A stretch of DNA of 64,000 nt from Gemmatimonadota bacterium (GCA_036679645.1 JAZDCY010000014.1:1-64000), one strand, 5' to 3'; numbered from the stretch's first letter, positions 1 through 8,955 are shown. The notes: generated from the sequence alone by a model not told the origin. A program made the numbers and translations.

Positions 1-112
1 GACCGTCGCTACGTCGATGTGTCGTTGCTCGAGAACAAAGAGTTGGATCAGGCAGCGTGATGATCGAACCGAGGAGCTTCCTCAGCTTTTACACAAAAAT
101 CGGGACTTGACC
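1..112 (+). mobile_element. Right end of an IS256-family-like insertion sequence (transposase C-terminus 1..60; terminal inverted repeat about 88..112)
   Basis: Frame 1 reads DRRYVDVSLLENKELDQAA*, resembling the RRYLDM C-terminus of IS256 transposases. It is followed by TTTACACAAAAATCGGGACTTGACC, typical of IS256 ends. The rest of the element is outside the window. Confidence 0.65.
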
Positions 113-540
113 GTCACCGCCTTATCGTTGTACAGCAAGAAGATGCTTCCGGCGATCCCCCCACCGAATAGCAAGAAGCCCATCACCTGTCCTACTGTTC
201 CACTGAACACATTGTACCAGACCACCCGGTTCTCCAATTTCCGGCGATGGCCTCCTTGTTTCTCGAACTGGTTGAAAATGCGCTCAGCCGAACCTGGGAG
301 GATGTCTTCGTAGTCCTGCAGGAGCGATGGGGGAGGCAGGGGACCTGAGTATCGGGCTACCCGAACCTTGGTCTTCGCGGGCTGGGTACCAGCGGGCTCA
401 CCCGTAAGCACTCTTTGCATGTCCTCTCCGGTGGCTTGCGCGTCGGCCGGAGTAACAACAGGACGGGGCACCATAGAGGCGCCCCTATTTCGTTTCTTAC
501 GCTTTCGGCTTTTCTGTCCTCTCCGCCCTCTTTGTCCCAC
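82..540 (-). pseudogene. DUF2335-family membrane protein, 3' end interrupted by the IS end at about 112
   Basis: YSGPLPPP..L..YE.ILPGSAERI....E....HR motif and one TM segment. The last 9 residues (VKSRFLCKS*) are encoded by the IS terminal sequence. Confidence 0.7.
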
Positions 541-559
541 GACTGGGCCTATTCTTTCC

Positions 560-754
560 TCAGTCGGCGACTTTCTCGATCGCAGCCGCGAGATCCTTGC
601 CTACTACCTCCACATCATTGCGGATAGCCCGTGCGTCAGCTTCTTCCGGTGTACGGCTGATTACGTAGTTCGACCGCTCTAATGCGGCACCAATATCAAT
701 GGAACGGGCGATTCCGGAGAGGAAGTCCGGAGCCACAAAGAGAATATCCGTCAT
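560..754 (-). CDS. Small hypothetical protein upstream of the DUF2335 gene
   Basis: 64 aa ORF with FLSGIARSIDIG..EADARAIRND..VGKDL, co-oriented and directly upstream of DUF2335. Confidence 0.65.
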   Translation of the reverse strand: MTDILFVAPDFLSGIARSIDIGAALERSNYVISRTPEEADARAIRNDVEVVGKDLAAAIEKVAD

Positions 755-1085
755 CGTCAGACCCTTCTTCGTCTCTTAGGTTTGTGAAGTGTTTCACAAA
801 CCCGTTGTTCTATGAAACTCCCAATCAACAACGCTTGTGTCAATACCGGGGTTCCGCTGGAATGATCGGTCACCGGCTTCAACGATTGAAGAATATCAAG
901 AATCGTGCTCGAATGCCCTAGGGTGGCCAACACCCCCCTTGGCCGGCGAGCGTCCGTAGCACCTAGGCCGCCTAGCGCACGAAATGAGACCGCCAGGTTA
1001 CCCCAAGGTTACCGAAGGGGTCCGGTTGTTTGGGCAACCTAGGCAGATTGTTGGCTAAGGTATTGCGGTACAACATGTTTGTGTG

Positions 1086-1105
1086 AGTCGGGACGGCCGG
1101 ATTCG
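1086..1105 (-). repeat. 20-bp fragment of the tRNA-Pro 3' end (acceptor and T-stem strand)
   Basis: AGTCGGGACGGCCGGATTCG is identical to 1206..1225. Confidence 0.85.
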
Positions 1106-1162
1106 GATCATTAGCCGCGAGCCGCTAGGCGAGCGGCGTTGACGAAAACCGGGCGGCGCGGC

Positions 1163-1205
1163 CACAAACACGAAACGCGGGCTGAGGCCCGCGTTCGTGT
1201 TTGTG
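1163..1205 (-). terminator. Long hairpin, probable terminator downstream of the original tRNA 3' end
   Basis: CACAAACACGAA(A)CGCGGGC-TGAG-GCCCGCGTTCGTGTTTGTG, a 19-bp stem with one bulge. Confidence 0.7.
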
Positions 1206-1251
1206 AGTCGGGACGGCCGGATTCGAACCGGCGACCCCCTGAACCCCATTC
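1206..1251 (-). repeat. att site: 46-bp duplicate of the tRNA-Pro 3' half (anticodon loop to 3' end)
   Basis: Matches 3878..3923 with 3 differences: a compensatory pair in the T-stem and one T-loop base. Confidence 0.9.
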
Positions 1252-1351
1252 GGCTCAGGGAGGACCTCAGAAACGTCAAGTTGTCGGTTTTCAAGGGTTC
1301 CCGAGCATCGGCGCCGGGACCCTCCCACTGAAACGCCGGGGTTTGCCGGGA

Positions 1352-1375
1352 GAAACGGCACCCCGAACGGCACCC
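1352..1375 (+). repeat. Tandem 12-bp repeat pair, putative integrase arm-type site
   Basis: GAAACGGCACCCCGAACGGCACCC, nearly identical to 3841..3865. Confidence 0.7.
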
Positions 1376-1605
1376 AGATCAAGAGTCGAGACCTCGCGAC
1401 AATAAGGTGCAGCATGCGACGTGACGGCAGGTCGCGTCTTGCCGATGGCGTGTAGTCATCTGCCCGTGAATGTGGTCTCGCAGTGGATGATCCCGCGAGT
1501 CATGTAGGGGTTCTGCGGGCGTCCGGCAGACGGAAACCTTGGACCCGCAACCGCCCCGACGCCGGCGATGGTCTGCAGCGAGGCGGGCGCCAAGCTCTAG
1601 CGTGG

Positions 1606-2181
1606 CTACTTCGGAATCTCTACCCGTCCCGCAGGGAGAAAGGCCGTCCGCATCGTTGGCTCCTGCAGCACTAGCGACGCGCGGAAATAGTAGGTGCCCG
1701 CGGGGACGTTCCCGATCAGACCTAATCCGCCTCCGCCCAAACCTTGGGACGCACCGGGGGGAATATCAACCGGCAAGAGACCCTGCCGTCCGTGTCGGGC
1801 ACTCCCTGACCACGCGGCCAGGCCAGCTCGGTCCGGATTGTCGAAGGCTTCAAACCACCAACTCCCGGGTCCGCCCTTCTTTCCCACGAGCGCTTCGGGC
1901 CCTAGATTGTGAACGACGACGCCGACTGCCAAGCCGTCGCGTTCGGATATGGCGTACGTGGGCTCAAGAACCAGATTGCCTGAGAAAACCGGAAGTCCAT
2001 CCACTTGTTCGCGGTCCAAATCCGTAGGATCCCCGTCGACCGCATCGACCGATCCAACGCCGTTACAGGCAAGTGCCAAGGCTGTGATACCCATTACTAA
2101 GCCCTTTTTAATTACACACCTTCCATGATCTCTGTTAGCCAGGGCCACCCGGGCCCTCGCCTTCTCCCGCTCCAATATCAA
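1606..2181 (-). CDS. Putative lipoprotein with Ig-like beta-sandwich features (true start probably downstream of 2181)
   Basis: Lipobox-like ITALALAC; V.VHNLG...IPPG...PAGTY pattern. Confidence 0.6.
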   Translation of the reverse strand: MILEREKARARVALANRDHGRCVIKKGLVMGITALALACNGVGSVDAVDGDPTDLDREQVDGLPVFSGNLVLEPTYAISERDGLAVGVVVHNLGPEALVGKKGGPGSWWFEAFDNPDRAGLAAWSGSARHGRQGLLPVDIPPGASQGLGGGGLGLIGNVPAGTYYFRASLVLQEPTMRTAFLPAGRVEIPK

Positions 2182-2803
2182 GTCCGCTCAGAACGCTGCT
2201 TAGCTCAATCGAGATGAACCTCCATGGACTGATCATTGAGTATGTCTCGGTTGAGTCCAGTCCAACGTGGAGCCCTCGAAACGTAACACTATCACTGAAG
2301 CCATCCCAAGAAAAAACCGGACCGCCGCTATCCCCCCCAGCACCGAAGTACGTCGCCTGGGTCTGGCACAGGAGATCAGCCGTGACAGAGTCGGCCGGCT
2401 TCTGGTACCACCCGAGATTGTCGACGCATGTTCCGTTGACAGTGCCCTGCCTTCCACCGCCGTTGGCTCCAATCTTGTAGACAGCAGCGCCATACGCAAG
2501 CAGCGTCAGAGGAGCGTCGCTGATGAAGAATCGCGGCTTGCTGCTGTTGATTGTCGTGCTTCCAGTGAAGTTCGTCGTCCGTGCGATGATGCCAAGCTGT
2601 CCTGTCACCCCAGTCTCATAAAAGATGTAGGCGACGTCGCTGTAACGGCAACCGTCTGGCGCAGAACAGTTCATACCGGGCGGAAGCAGAGGGGGATCGG
2701 CGGTCTCAAAGCCGACGAGGTTGCCTCCTCTCGAGCTGTTCTGGTAGCACGCTCTCGCCCCGGTCGTCCCCCACCAATTGTCATCGGTACAATGAGACGC
2801 GGT
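2135..2803 (-). pseudogene. Chymotrypsin-like (S1) serine protease, catalytic domain only, 5' end deleted
   Basis: The frame of the listed 2135..2674 ORF stays open upstream and gives TASHCT (His codon at 2792..2794), CRYSDVA (Asp) and GGDSGGPVF (Ser). No signal peptide or start codon precedes TASH. Confidence 0.75.
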
Positions 2804-3840
2804 TGTTGGTTGCGGCGCTTCTCACCGGGGAAGCGCGCGAGATCGGGAGCGGTAAGATCACGCTCCAGCAGCTCTGGGAGCGTTTCCAGCGCGAGGCTCC
2901 CAACTTCCTCGACAATCACCCGAGAACCAAGCGCGACGCGGCGGGCAGGGCCAAGGTCCTCTTGGCATTCTTCGGCGAGGACTGCGATGTCCGGCCCCTC
3001 ACGGCGCGCGACCAGGCCGCGTACACGACGCAACGCGTGGCAGGCGGCATATCCTGCGCGCACGGTCGCGTCACTCCTCCGGTGCGCGCGCGCTCGGCGG
3101 AGGCGGACCTGGTGCTTCTCCACGCCATGCTGGCGTGGGCCACCACGGTGCGGCTACCGCACGGCGGTCGCTGGTTGGACCACAACCCCCTCGCGGGAGT
3201 CCGCAGAATCCGCGAGGCCAACCCGAGCCGGCCGGTTGCCACGTGGGAACGCTACCAAGCGACCCGCAAGGCGATGCAGGACCTAGCGGCTGCAGCAAGG
3301 TCCGAAACGGACCGAACGCGCTGGACCAGGGTGGAGCTGGCCCTGGTGTTGGCGGAGGCCACCGGCCGGCGGCTCGGCTCCATCAGGCAACTGCGCTGGG
3401 ACGACATCGATCTCAAGCGTGGGACCATTCGCTGGCGGGCCGAGGCGGACAAGAAGGGGCGGGAGTGGGTAGTTCCCCTACCCCCGCGCTTGCTGAAGGA
3501 GCTGAAGCAGTTTCAGCGCGCGCTCGGGGCTGTGGGTGGCTGGCTGTTCGCGGCCGAGAAGGACCCCGACCGGCCGATGGACCGGCACCTGTTCGACAAG
3601 TGGTTGCGTGTTGCGGAGCGGGCCGCGGAACTTCCGAAGCTGGAGGGCGGGCTATGGCACCCCTACCGGCGCAAGTGGGCCACGGAACGAAAGGGACACT
3701 CCCTCAAGGACGTGGCCGCGGCTGGCGGCTGGCAGGACACCGAAACGCTCTTGCAGTGCTACCAGCAGCCTGATAACGAAACGCTCCTCGCGGTGATGAG
3801 CGAGGAGCGCAAGTTGCGGGAAGTAGCGTCTGGGGCCTGA
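2803..3840 (+). CDS. Tyrosine recombinase/integrase, probably missing its N-terminal arm-binding region
   Basis: TGRR (R), DKKG (K), WHPYRR (HxxR), GGW and CYQ (Y). Adjacent to the tRNA att site. No RBS or ATG at the 5' end. Confidence 0.9.
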   Translation: MLVAALLTGEAREIGSGKITLQQLWERFQREAPNFLDNHPRTKRDAAGRAKVLLAFFGEDCDVRPLTARDQAAYTTQRVAGGISCAHGRVTPPVRARSAEADLVLLHAMLAWATTVRLPHGGRWLDHNPLAGVRRIREANPSRPVATWERYQATRKAMQDLAAAARSETDRTRWTRVELALVLAEATGRRLGSIRQLRWDDIDLKRGTIRWRAEADKKGREWVVPLPPRLLKELKQFQRALGAVGGWLFAAEKDPDRPMDRHLFDKWLRVAERAAELPKLEGGLWHPYRRKWATERKGHSLKDVAAAGGWQDTETLLQCYQQPDNETLLAVMSEERKLREVASGA

Positions 3841-3865
3841 GAAACGGCACCCCAAACGGCACCCC
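3841..3865 (+). repeat. Tandem 12-bp repeat pair, putative integrase arm-type site
   Basis: GAAACGGCACCCCAAACGGCACCCC between the integrase stop and the tRNA end. Confidence 0.7.
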
Positions 3866-3879
3866 GGTGTTGTAAGTAG

Positions 3880-3953
3880 TCGGGACGGCGGGATTTGAAC
3901 CCGCGACCCCCTGAACCCCATTCAGGTGCGCTACCGAACTGCGCCACGTCCCG
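3880..3953 (-). tRNA. tRNA-Pro(GGG)
   Basis: Reverse complement CGGGACGTGGCGCAGTTCGGTAGCGCACCTGA-ATGGGGT-TCAGGGGGTCGCGGGTTCAAATCCCGCCGTCCCGA folds as a cloverleaf; CCA is not encoded. Confidence 0.97.
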
Positions 3954-4434
3954 AGATCTACAACCTACTACGAAAACCGAACCCCATTCAGGTGCGCACG
4001 CCGTCGCGGAGCGAAGCGACGCGCGTTGGGGGTGCGCCGCCGAGGCGAACGTGCGAGCCGGCAGGCGAGCGCTGAGCCTCGGGGGACGCACTCAACCGAA
4101 CTGCGCCACGTCCCGAGATCTACAACTTACTACGAAAGCTGAACCCCATTCAGGTGCGGCACAACGTCGCGGAGCGACAGCGACGCGCGTTGGGGGTGCG
4201 CCGCCGAGGCGAACGTGCGAGCCGGCAGGCGAGCGCTGAGCCTCGGGGGACGCACTCAACCGAACTGCGCCACGTCCCGAGATTTACAACCTACTACGAA
4301 AACCGAACCCCATTCAGGTGCGTCACACAACGTCGCGGAGCGACAGCGACACACGGCGGCGGTGACGCCTGCGAGCCGCCAAGGCGAGCGCTGAGCCTCG
4401 GGGGACGCACTCAACCGACCTGCGCCACATCCCG
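3954..4434 (-). repeat. Three tandem 155-164 bp units, each a tRNA-Pro 5' half split by a structured insert
   Basis: tRNA 5' ends recur at 4115, 4279 and 4434; anticodon-arm pieces at 3979..3997, 4139..4158 and 4305..4322; a 25-nt linker is shared. Confidence 0.92.
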
Positions 4435-4541
4435 TTGGTGTGCCAACTGCTTGCCCAACCACAATTCCGCCCTTACGCCCTTCGTTCATTTAGCTCGCCC
4501 GCTTCGAGAACAGGCCAGGGACGCGGCGCGTTGCAGACGCG

Positions 4542-6884
4542 CTATCTACCGCCGACCAACTTCTCCAAGGCTTCCCGCGCCCGAACGTTGTCGGGATCGA
4601 GCGCCAACGCCGCCTCGTACTCTGCTCGCGCATCAGCAGTCTTGTCCTGAAGCTCGTAAACCATCCCGAGCCGCCAGTGCGCGGAGGCATGGGACGGCGT
4701 TCCCGGCCGCTGTTCGTGATCTAGGTAGCGCCTGAACGATCGGACGGCCAAGTCGAGATCCGTTTGTGCAAGCAAGGCCATCCGGCCCACCTGATACAGC
4801 GCCCCCATGTTCTCGGGATCCAGCTCGGTGAGTCGCCTGAAGGCCGCCAGCGCTCGGAGCAGCGTCCCCTCGGTGGTGTCAGCCGCGACAGCGTCGATTG
4901 CCAATGCATAGGCCAAGTTGTGGCGCTCGGTACTCGCGAGCAGCGAGTTCGCCGCGTCGACGGCTTCGGCCGCGAGTTCCGCGCGGAGGGCGGGATCTGC
5001 CTCACCCCAGGCAGTCTCGAGCAGAACGTCCAAGCAGTCCTCCATCGACTCGGTCGAGGGATATGCACGGATCTCATGCAGGATGCGGCTCAACGCCGCA
5101 CGACGAAGCGGCCGAGGGCTCATCGGCGAGCACATAACAGCGACGACCACCTCGCCGAGCGTCGGGGCGATCGCAGTCAGAGGGGCGCTCAGCTCATCCA
5201 TGAGTCCGCTGGCGTTCGCCCATTCTCCATTGACGAGATACAGGCTGAACATGGCGCCGCCGTGCACCCACAGAAAGGGATCAATGAGCCGAGGGGTGGC
5301 GAACAGGCCTGCGGTCCGGAGGGAATCGGCAAGCTCCCGTGCCTCCGTACGTCGTCCCGCCTCGGCGAGCAGCACCATGCGGCGGGCCGTCAGATTCTCT
5401 AATTCGGTTTCGACGCCGAGCGAATCGGCAATCTCGAGTTCGGCGAGAGCCCTATCATAGGACTCATCCAGCTCCAGCACCCACGCCGCCCACATATGCG
5501 CCTCCGCGACCGACGGAGTCGCAACCAGCCATCGCTCCACCCACGTCCTCGCCACGGTCAGCGCCTTTGCTCGTTCCTCGCGATACCTCCCCGCGAGATA
5601 GTCCTCGAAATCAAGCGGTATCAGCTCCAGCGTATCCCTCAACACGGGCGTGTACGGGTTGAGGTTCACGACCATGGACAACCAATGCGCGGGCAGCGAA
5701 GCGCTTTCACCGCGCGCTGTCGGCACCACCCCCATAATCCATCCGGCGGCGGTGAGATAACTGTGGACGAGAATCCCGTAGCCCCCCGATCGCGACGGGT
5801 CGAGGAGCACTGCCATCTTCGCGAGGTTGTTGGCCCTGTTCAACGACCCGCGGACCATCAGCTCGCCGTTCACGGGCACGAGAACGCCGTCCAGGCTCTC
5901 GAGCCAGGCCAGAGCGATGAGCACATCCACATTTGAGGAGTCGCCTGCAAGCAGGACGTCGAGCTGTTCTCTCGCCGCGCCAAACTGCCCGTGAAAGAAC
6001 GCGTCCATGGCACGCAGCAACTGCCGTTCTCGCGGCGGCAGGCCATCGGCCAGCGCGACAGCTCGACTGAGGTGGCCGTACGCAGGATGGGTGCCGTCTG
6101 AGAAGACGTCCATACTCGTGAACAGCAGCCACGACTCGGCCAGCTTGAGATAGGCCAGCGCGAAAGTGCTATCGAGGTTCACCGCCTCCTCGAACGCCTC
6201 GCGCGCACGTTGCATCTCGTAGCGACGGTAGTGCCGCAGCCCACGCGTATACGCCTTCAAGGCATCAATGGACGCCGTAGTCACTGAGGAGAGATCGACC
6301 TGGGACGCGTCCACGCCTACCGTTTCGAGCAGCTCGGCGGCAATCCGCTCGTAGAGTTCCTGGATCTCATCTTCAGAGTCCGCCTGTTCGCGCACCCGTA
6401 CCACAACGCGGTTCGTGGCGACGTCGAAGACCCGGGCGGTGATCTGGATGCGACTGCCGATCCGTAGCACCTCGCCGGTCACCGCGGTCCATCCTCCGGT
6501 CTCCTCGGCGACGCGGCGTACCTGAGCCTCGTCTGCCACCTCTCCAGCCGTGATCCCGTGACGCCGCAACGCCGCATAGAGCCGCTCGTCAGAGACGACG
6601 GAGATTTCCTGCCACTGGCTGAGCGCGTGCCCGAGCATCACCGTCGATTCCCCAAGCCAGTCGTCTTCGGCGATCCCTCTGACGTTCCGAAACGGCAGCA
6701 CCAAGAAGCTCCGCGCGCGCACCTCGTCGGGTGGCGGCTCGGCCCGTGCCGTGACCGCCGGGGGCGCCACCGGCACACCACAGGGAGGAGGCGTACCGTC
6801 GGCGCACTGAGCATGGAGAGGAACAGGAAGCAGTGCCGCCAGCAGGCTCGCGGCGAGAACGAGCTGGAGTCGTTCGGTCATCAC
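4542..6884 (-). CDS. Secreted TPR-repeat protein with N-terminal TolB-N/CsgG-like domain
   Basis: Signal peptide, FLVLPFRN motif, A.KAY.RG...A...DSTFALAY and C-terminal TPRs. Confidence 0.8.
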   Translation of the reverse strand: MMTERLQLVLAASLLAALLPVPLHAQCADGTPPPCGVPVAPPAVTARAEPPPDEVRARSFLVLPFRNVRGIAEDDWLGESTVMLGHALSQWQEISVVSDERLYAALRRHGITAGEVADEAQVRRVAEETGGWTAVTGEVLRIGSRIQITARVFDVATNRVVVRVREQADSEDEIQELYERIAAELLETVGVDASQVDLSSVTTASIDALKAYTRGLRHYRRYEMQRAREAFEEAVNLDSTFALAYLKLAESWLLFTSMDVFSDGTHPAYGHLSRAVALADGLPPRERQLLRAMDAFFHGQFGAAREQLDVLLAGDSSNVDVLIALAWLESLDGVLVPVNGELMVRGSLNRANNLAKMAVLLDPSRSGGYGILVHSYLTAAGWIMGVVPTARGESASLPAHWLSMVVNLNPYTPVLRDTLELIPLDFEDYLAGRYREERAKALTVARTWVERWLVATPSVAEAHMWAAWVLELDESYDRALAELEIADSLGVETELENLTARRMVLLAEAGRRTEARELADSLRTAGLFATPRLIDPFLWVHGGAMFSLYLVNGEWANASGLMDELSAPLTAIAPTLGEVVVAVMCSPMSPRPLRRAALSRILHEIRAYPSTESMEDCLDVLLETAWGEADPALRAELAAEAVDAANSLLASTERHNLAYALAIDAVAADTTEGTLLRALAAFRRLTELDPENMGALYQVGRMALLAQTDLDLAVRSFRRYLDHEQRPGTPSHASAHWRLGMVYELQDKTADARAEYEAALALDPDNVRAREALEKLVGGR

Positions 6885-6934
6885 ACGAGTAAGATGCGTG
6901 CGCGAGCCCGGGATGGCGAGTTCACCGGCTGCGG

Positions 6935-7140
6935 ATGAGGAGTCGGCCGACGTGGACGAGTCGGGGAGCTTCCGGTGCGCTGAGCGGCACCGTTAGCGGT
7001 AGCGATGCCAGCTTCACGCTTAACCAGGACAACCCATGCGCTCGCGCGTTTTCAGGATCAGCACGGATTGAGAACAACGGAGCCCGGCTGTCCGGCTCCT
7101 ATTCCGGCAATGACTGCGCGGGGACCGTGTCAGCGACGTT
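6935..7140 (+). pseudogene. Fragment of a small beta-rich secreted protein
   Basis: TWTS.GASG.LSGTVSG...FTL.Q.NPC...SGSYSGNDC.GTVSA looks like real protein sequence but has no signal peptide or credible start. Confidence 0.4.
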
Positions 7141-7292
7141 GTGGTCAATCGGATTTGAACGAAGGCGCGCCGGAACTGATAGACGCTCAGATGCTCAGAC
7201 GCTCTGGAGTGCGCAACCAAAACGTCGCCGGGCGTCGGCCGTGCTGATTTCGTGAACCCCGCAGGCAACTACGCTGCTAGGACGTTGGGCCC

Positions 7293-7388
7293 AATATGTT
7301 ATAAGCTATTTACTGAATTGGTTATATGTTTTATCATATTGACGATATCTAGTAGTATATATGCAACTCATAACATATACTTTATAAT
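7293..7388 (+). promoter_or_regulatory. AT-rich hipBA promoter with palindromic operator candidates
   Basis: ATATG-N6-CATAT (7324..7339), TATATG-N10-CATATA (7358..7379), TTGACG at 7339, TATAAT at 7383. Confidence 0.6.
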
Positions 7389-7730
7389 ATGAAACTACCG
7401 CCCATTCCGACCTCAACTGATCTGCATAGCACCCTTCGCGCAACTCGTGTCGCACGCCGTATTAGCCAGGCTGCGCTTGGGAAAAACATCGGTATGGCCC
7501 AGGGCCAGATATCGCGCATAGAACGGGGTCTCAGCGATGCACAACTCTCCACTATCCAGAACATCGCGGGAGTGCTCGACCTCCAGCTAATACTCGTCCC
7601 ACGACCACTCACTCCGGTGGTCAAAGCACTCGTAGAGGATTTCACTCTTGCTCAGGACCCGTCAGCTGCCAGTCCAAGCCAGGCTGAGCGTCCACTGTAC
7701 AGGATCGCAGAGGAAGAAGATCATAGCTAG
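7389..7730 (+). CDS. hipB: XRE-family HTH antitoxin (HipB-like)
   Basis: ISQAALGKNIGMAQGQISRIERG HTH, directly upstream of hipA. Confidence 0.8.
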   Translation: MKLPPIPTSTDLHSTLRATRVARRISQAALGKNIGMAQGQISRIERGLSDAQLSTIQNIAGVLDLQLILVPRPLTPVVKALVEDFTLAQDPSAASPSQAERPLYRIAEEEDHS

Positions 7731-7746
7731 GCTAACCACACCGGCA

Positions 7747-8955
7747 GTGACCGTGCTCGAGGTTTTTCTCGGTGATGATCTCGTCGGGACGCTGACACAT
7801 CTTCCCGATGACCGAACACTCTGGACTTTCGATCCCAACTACATCGCGAACCCGGTACGACCGACTCTGAGCTTGTCGTTCAAGACCGCATCTGGGCAGC
7901 TCGTGAGGACGAATCGGCCGAGCAGTCTAAAGGTGCCCCCCTTCTTTTCTAACCTCCTTCCAGAGGGGCACCTGCGAGAGTACCTCGCAACCCTAGGCTC
8001 CGTAAATCCTGAGCGAGAGTTCTTCTTGCTGTGGCTTCTCGGCGAGGATCTTCCTGGAGCAGTCCGCGTGCATCCGCTGGCCGGTCACACGATTCCACCG
8101 ACCGCAGCCACCACGACAGGGGATCGAGATCCTGGGAAGCAAGCTCTGAGATTCTCGCTGGCAGGTGTGCAGCTCAAGTTCTCGGCCGTTCTCGAAACCC
8201 AGGGAGGTCTGACGATACCGGCCCGCGGAGTTGGTGGCAGTTGGATCGCAAAGCTCCCGTCGGCGAGATACGCTGCTGTTCCCGAGAACGAGTATGCCAT
8301 GCTGGCGCTAGCTGAAACGGCTGGAGTGACCGTCCCAGAATCACGGCTCGTTCCACTCGAAGAGCTTCACAACTTGCCGAAGGGTGTTTTTTCCGGTAGC
8401 GGCCTAGTCCTGGTCGTGCGACGTTTTGACCGCGGTCCCGACGGCGCTCGGATTCATATGGAAGACTTCGCTCAGGTGTTTGGCCAATACGCCAACCGAA
8501 AGTACGAACGAGCCAGTTACGAGGACATCGCACGCGTGCTCTGGGCGGAAACCGGTGAGGAAGGTGTCGCAGAATTCACGCGACGACTGGCCGCGACCGT
8601 CTTGATTGGTAACGGCGATATGCACCTCAAGAACTGGTCGTTGCTTTACTCCGACCGTCGCACGCCCGCGCTGAGTCCGGCGTACGACATGGTGAGCACC
8701 ATCGCATATATCCCGGAACCCCAGCTCGCGCTAAGCCTCGGCGGGACCAAGTCGATGCTTGAGGTAGACGAAGATGTCTTCCGCCGCTTCGCACGACGAG
8801 CCGACCTGCCTGATCGTCTGATCGCGGCTGTTGCGCGGGAAACAGCACAGCGTCTCCGCGAGGCATGGGCCACACATCCCGCCACAGATATGTTGCCGAG
8901 CTCGGTCCGTGGCGCCGTCAGCAACCACATGGATCGAGTGCCGCTGGGCCGCTAG
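7747..8955 (+). CDS. hipA: HipA-family kinase toxin (start uncertain)
   Basis: PPFFSNLLPEG couple domain, SLAGVQLK, GNGDMHLKNW, SPAYD. Confidence 0.93.
   Translation: MTVLEVFLGDDLVGTLTHLPDDRTLWTFDPNYIANPVRPTLSLSFKTASGQLVRTNRPSSLKVPPFFSNLLPEGHLREYLATLGSVNPEREFFLLWLLGEDLPGAVRVHPLAGHTIPPTAATTTGDRDPGKQALRFSLAGVQLKFSAVLETQGGLTIPARGVGGSWIAKLPSARYAAVPENEYAMLALAETAGVTVPESRLVPLEELHNLPKGVFSGSGLVLVVRRFDRGPDGARIHMEDFAQVFGQYANRKYERASYEDIARVLWAETGEEGVAEFTRRLAATVLIGNGDMHLKNWSLLYSDRRTPALSPAYDMVSTIAYIPEPQLALSLGGTKSMLEVDEDVFRRFARRADLPDRLIAAVARETAQRLREAWATHPATDMLPSSVRGAVSNHMDRVPLGR

Larger units (their letters stand above)
1206..3923. mobile_element. About 2.6-kb integrative element remnant inserted in tRNA-Pro(GGG)
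   Basis: Flanked by direct repeats of the tRNA 3' half, with a tyrosine integrase next to the tRNA and matching tandem repeats near both ends. Confidence 0.85.

Noticed and set aside
2267..3286. 339-aa plus-strand ORF
   Set aside because: Antisense to the protease and out of frame over the integrase; no motifs.
3954..4434. CRISPR array
   Set aside because: The intervening segments are near-identical rather than unique spacers, the repeats derive from tRNA, and no cas genes are in the window.
3979..4434. Functional intron-containing tRNA genes
   Set aside because: The units lack a T-arm and 3' acceptor strand, and the inserts are too short for group I/II introns.
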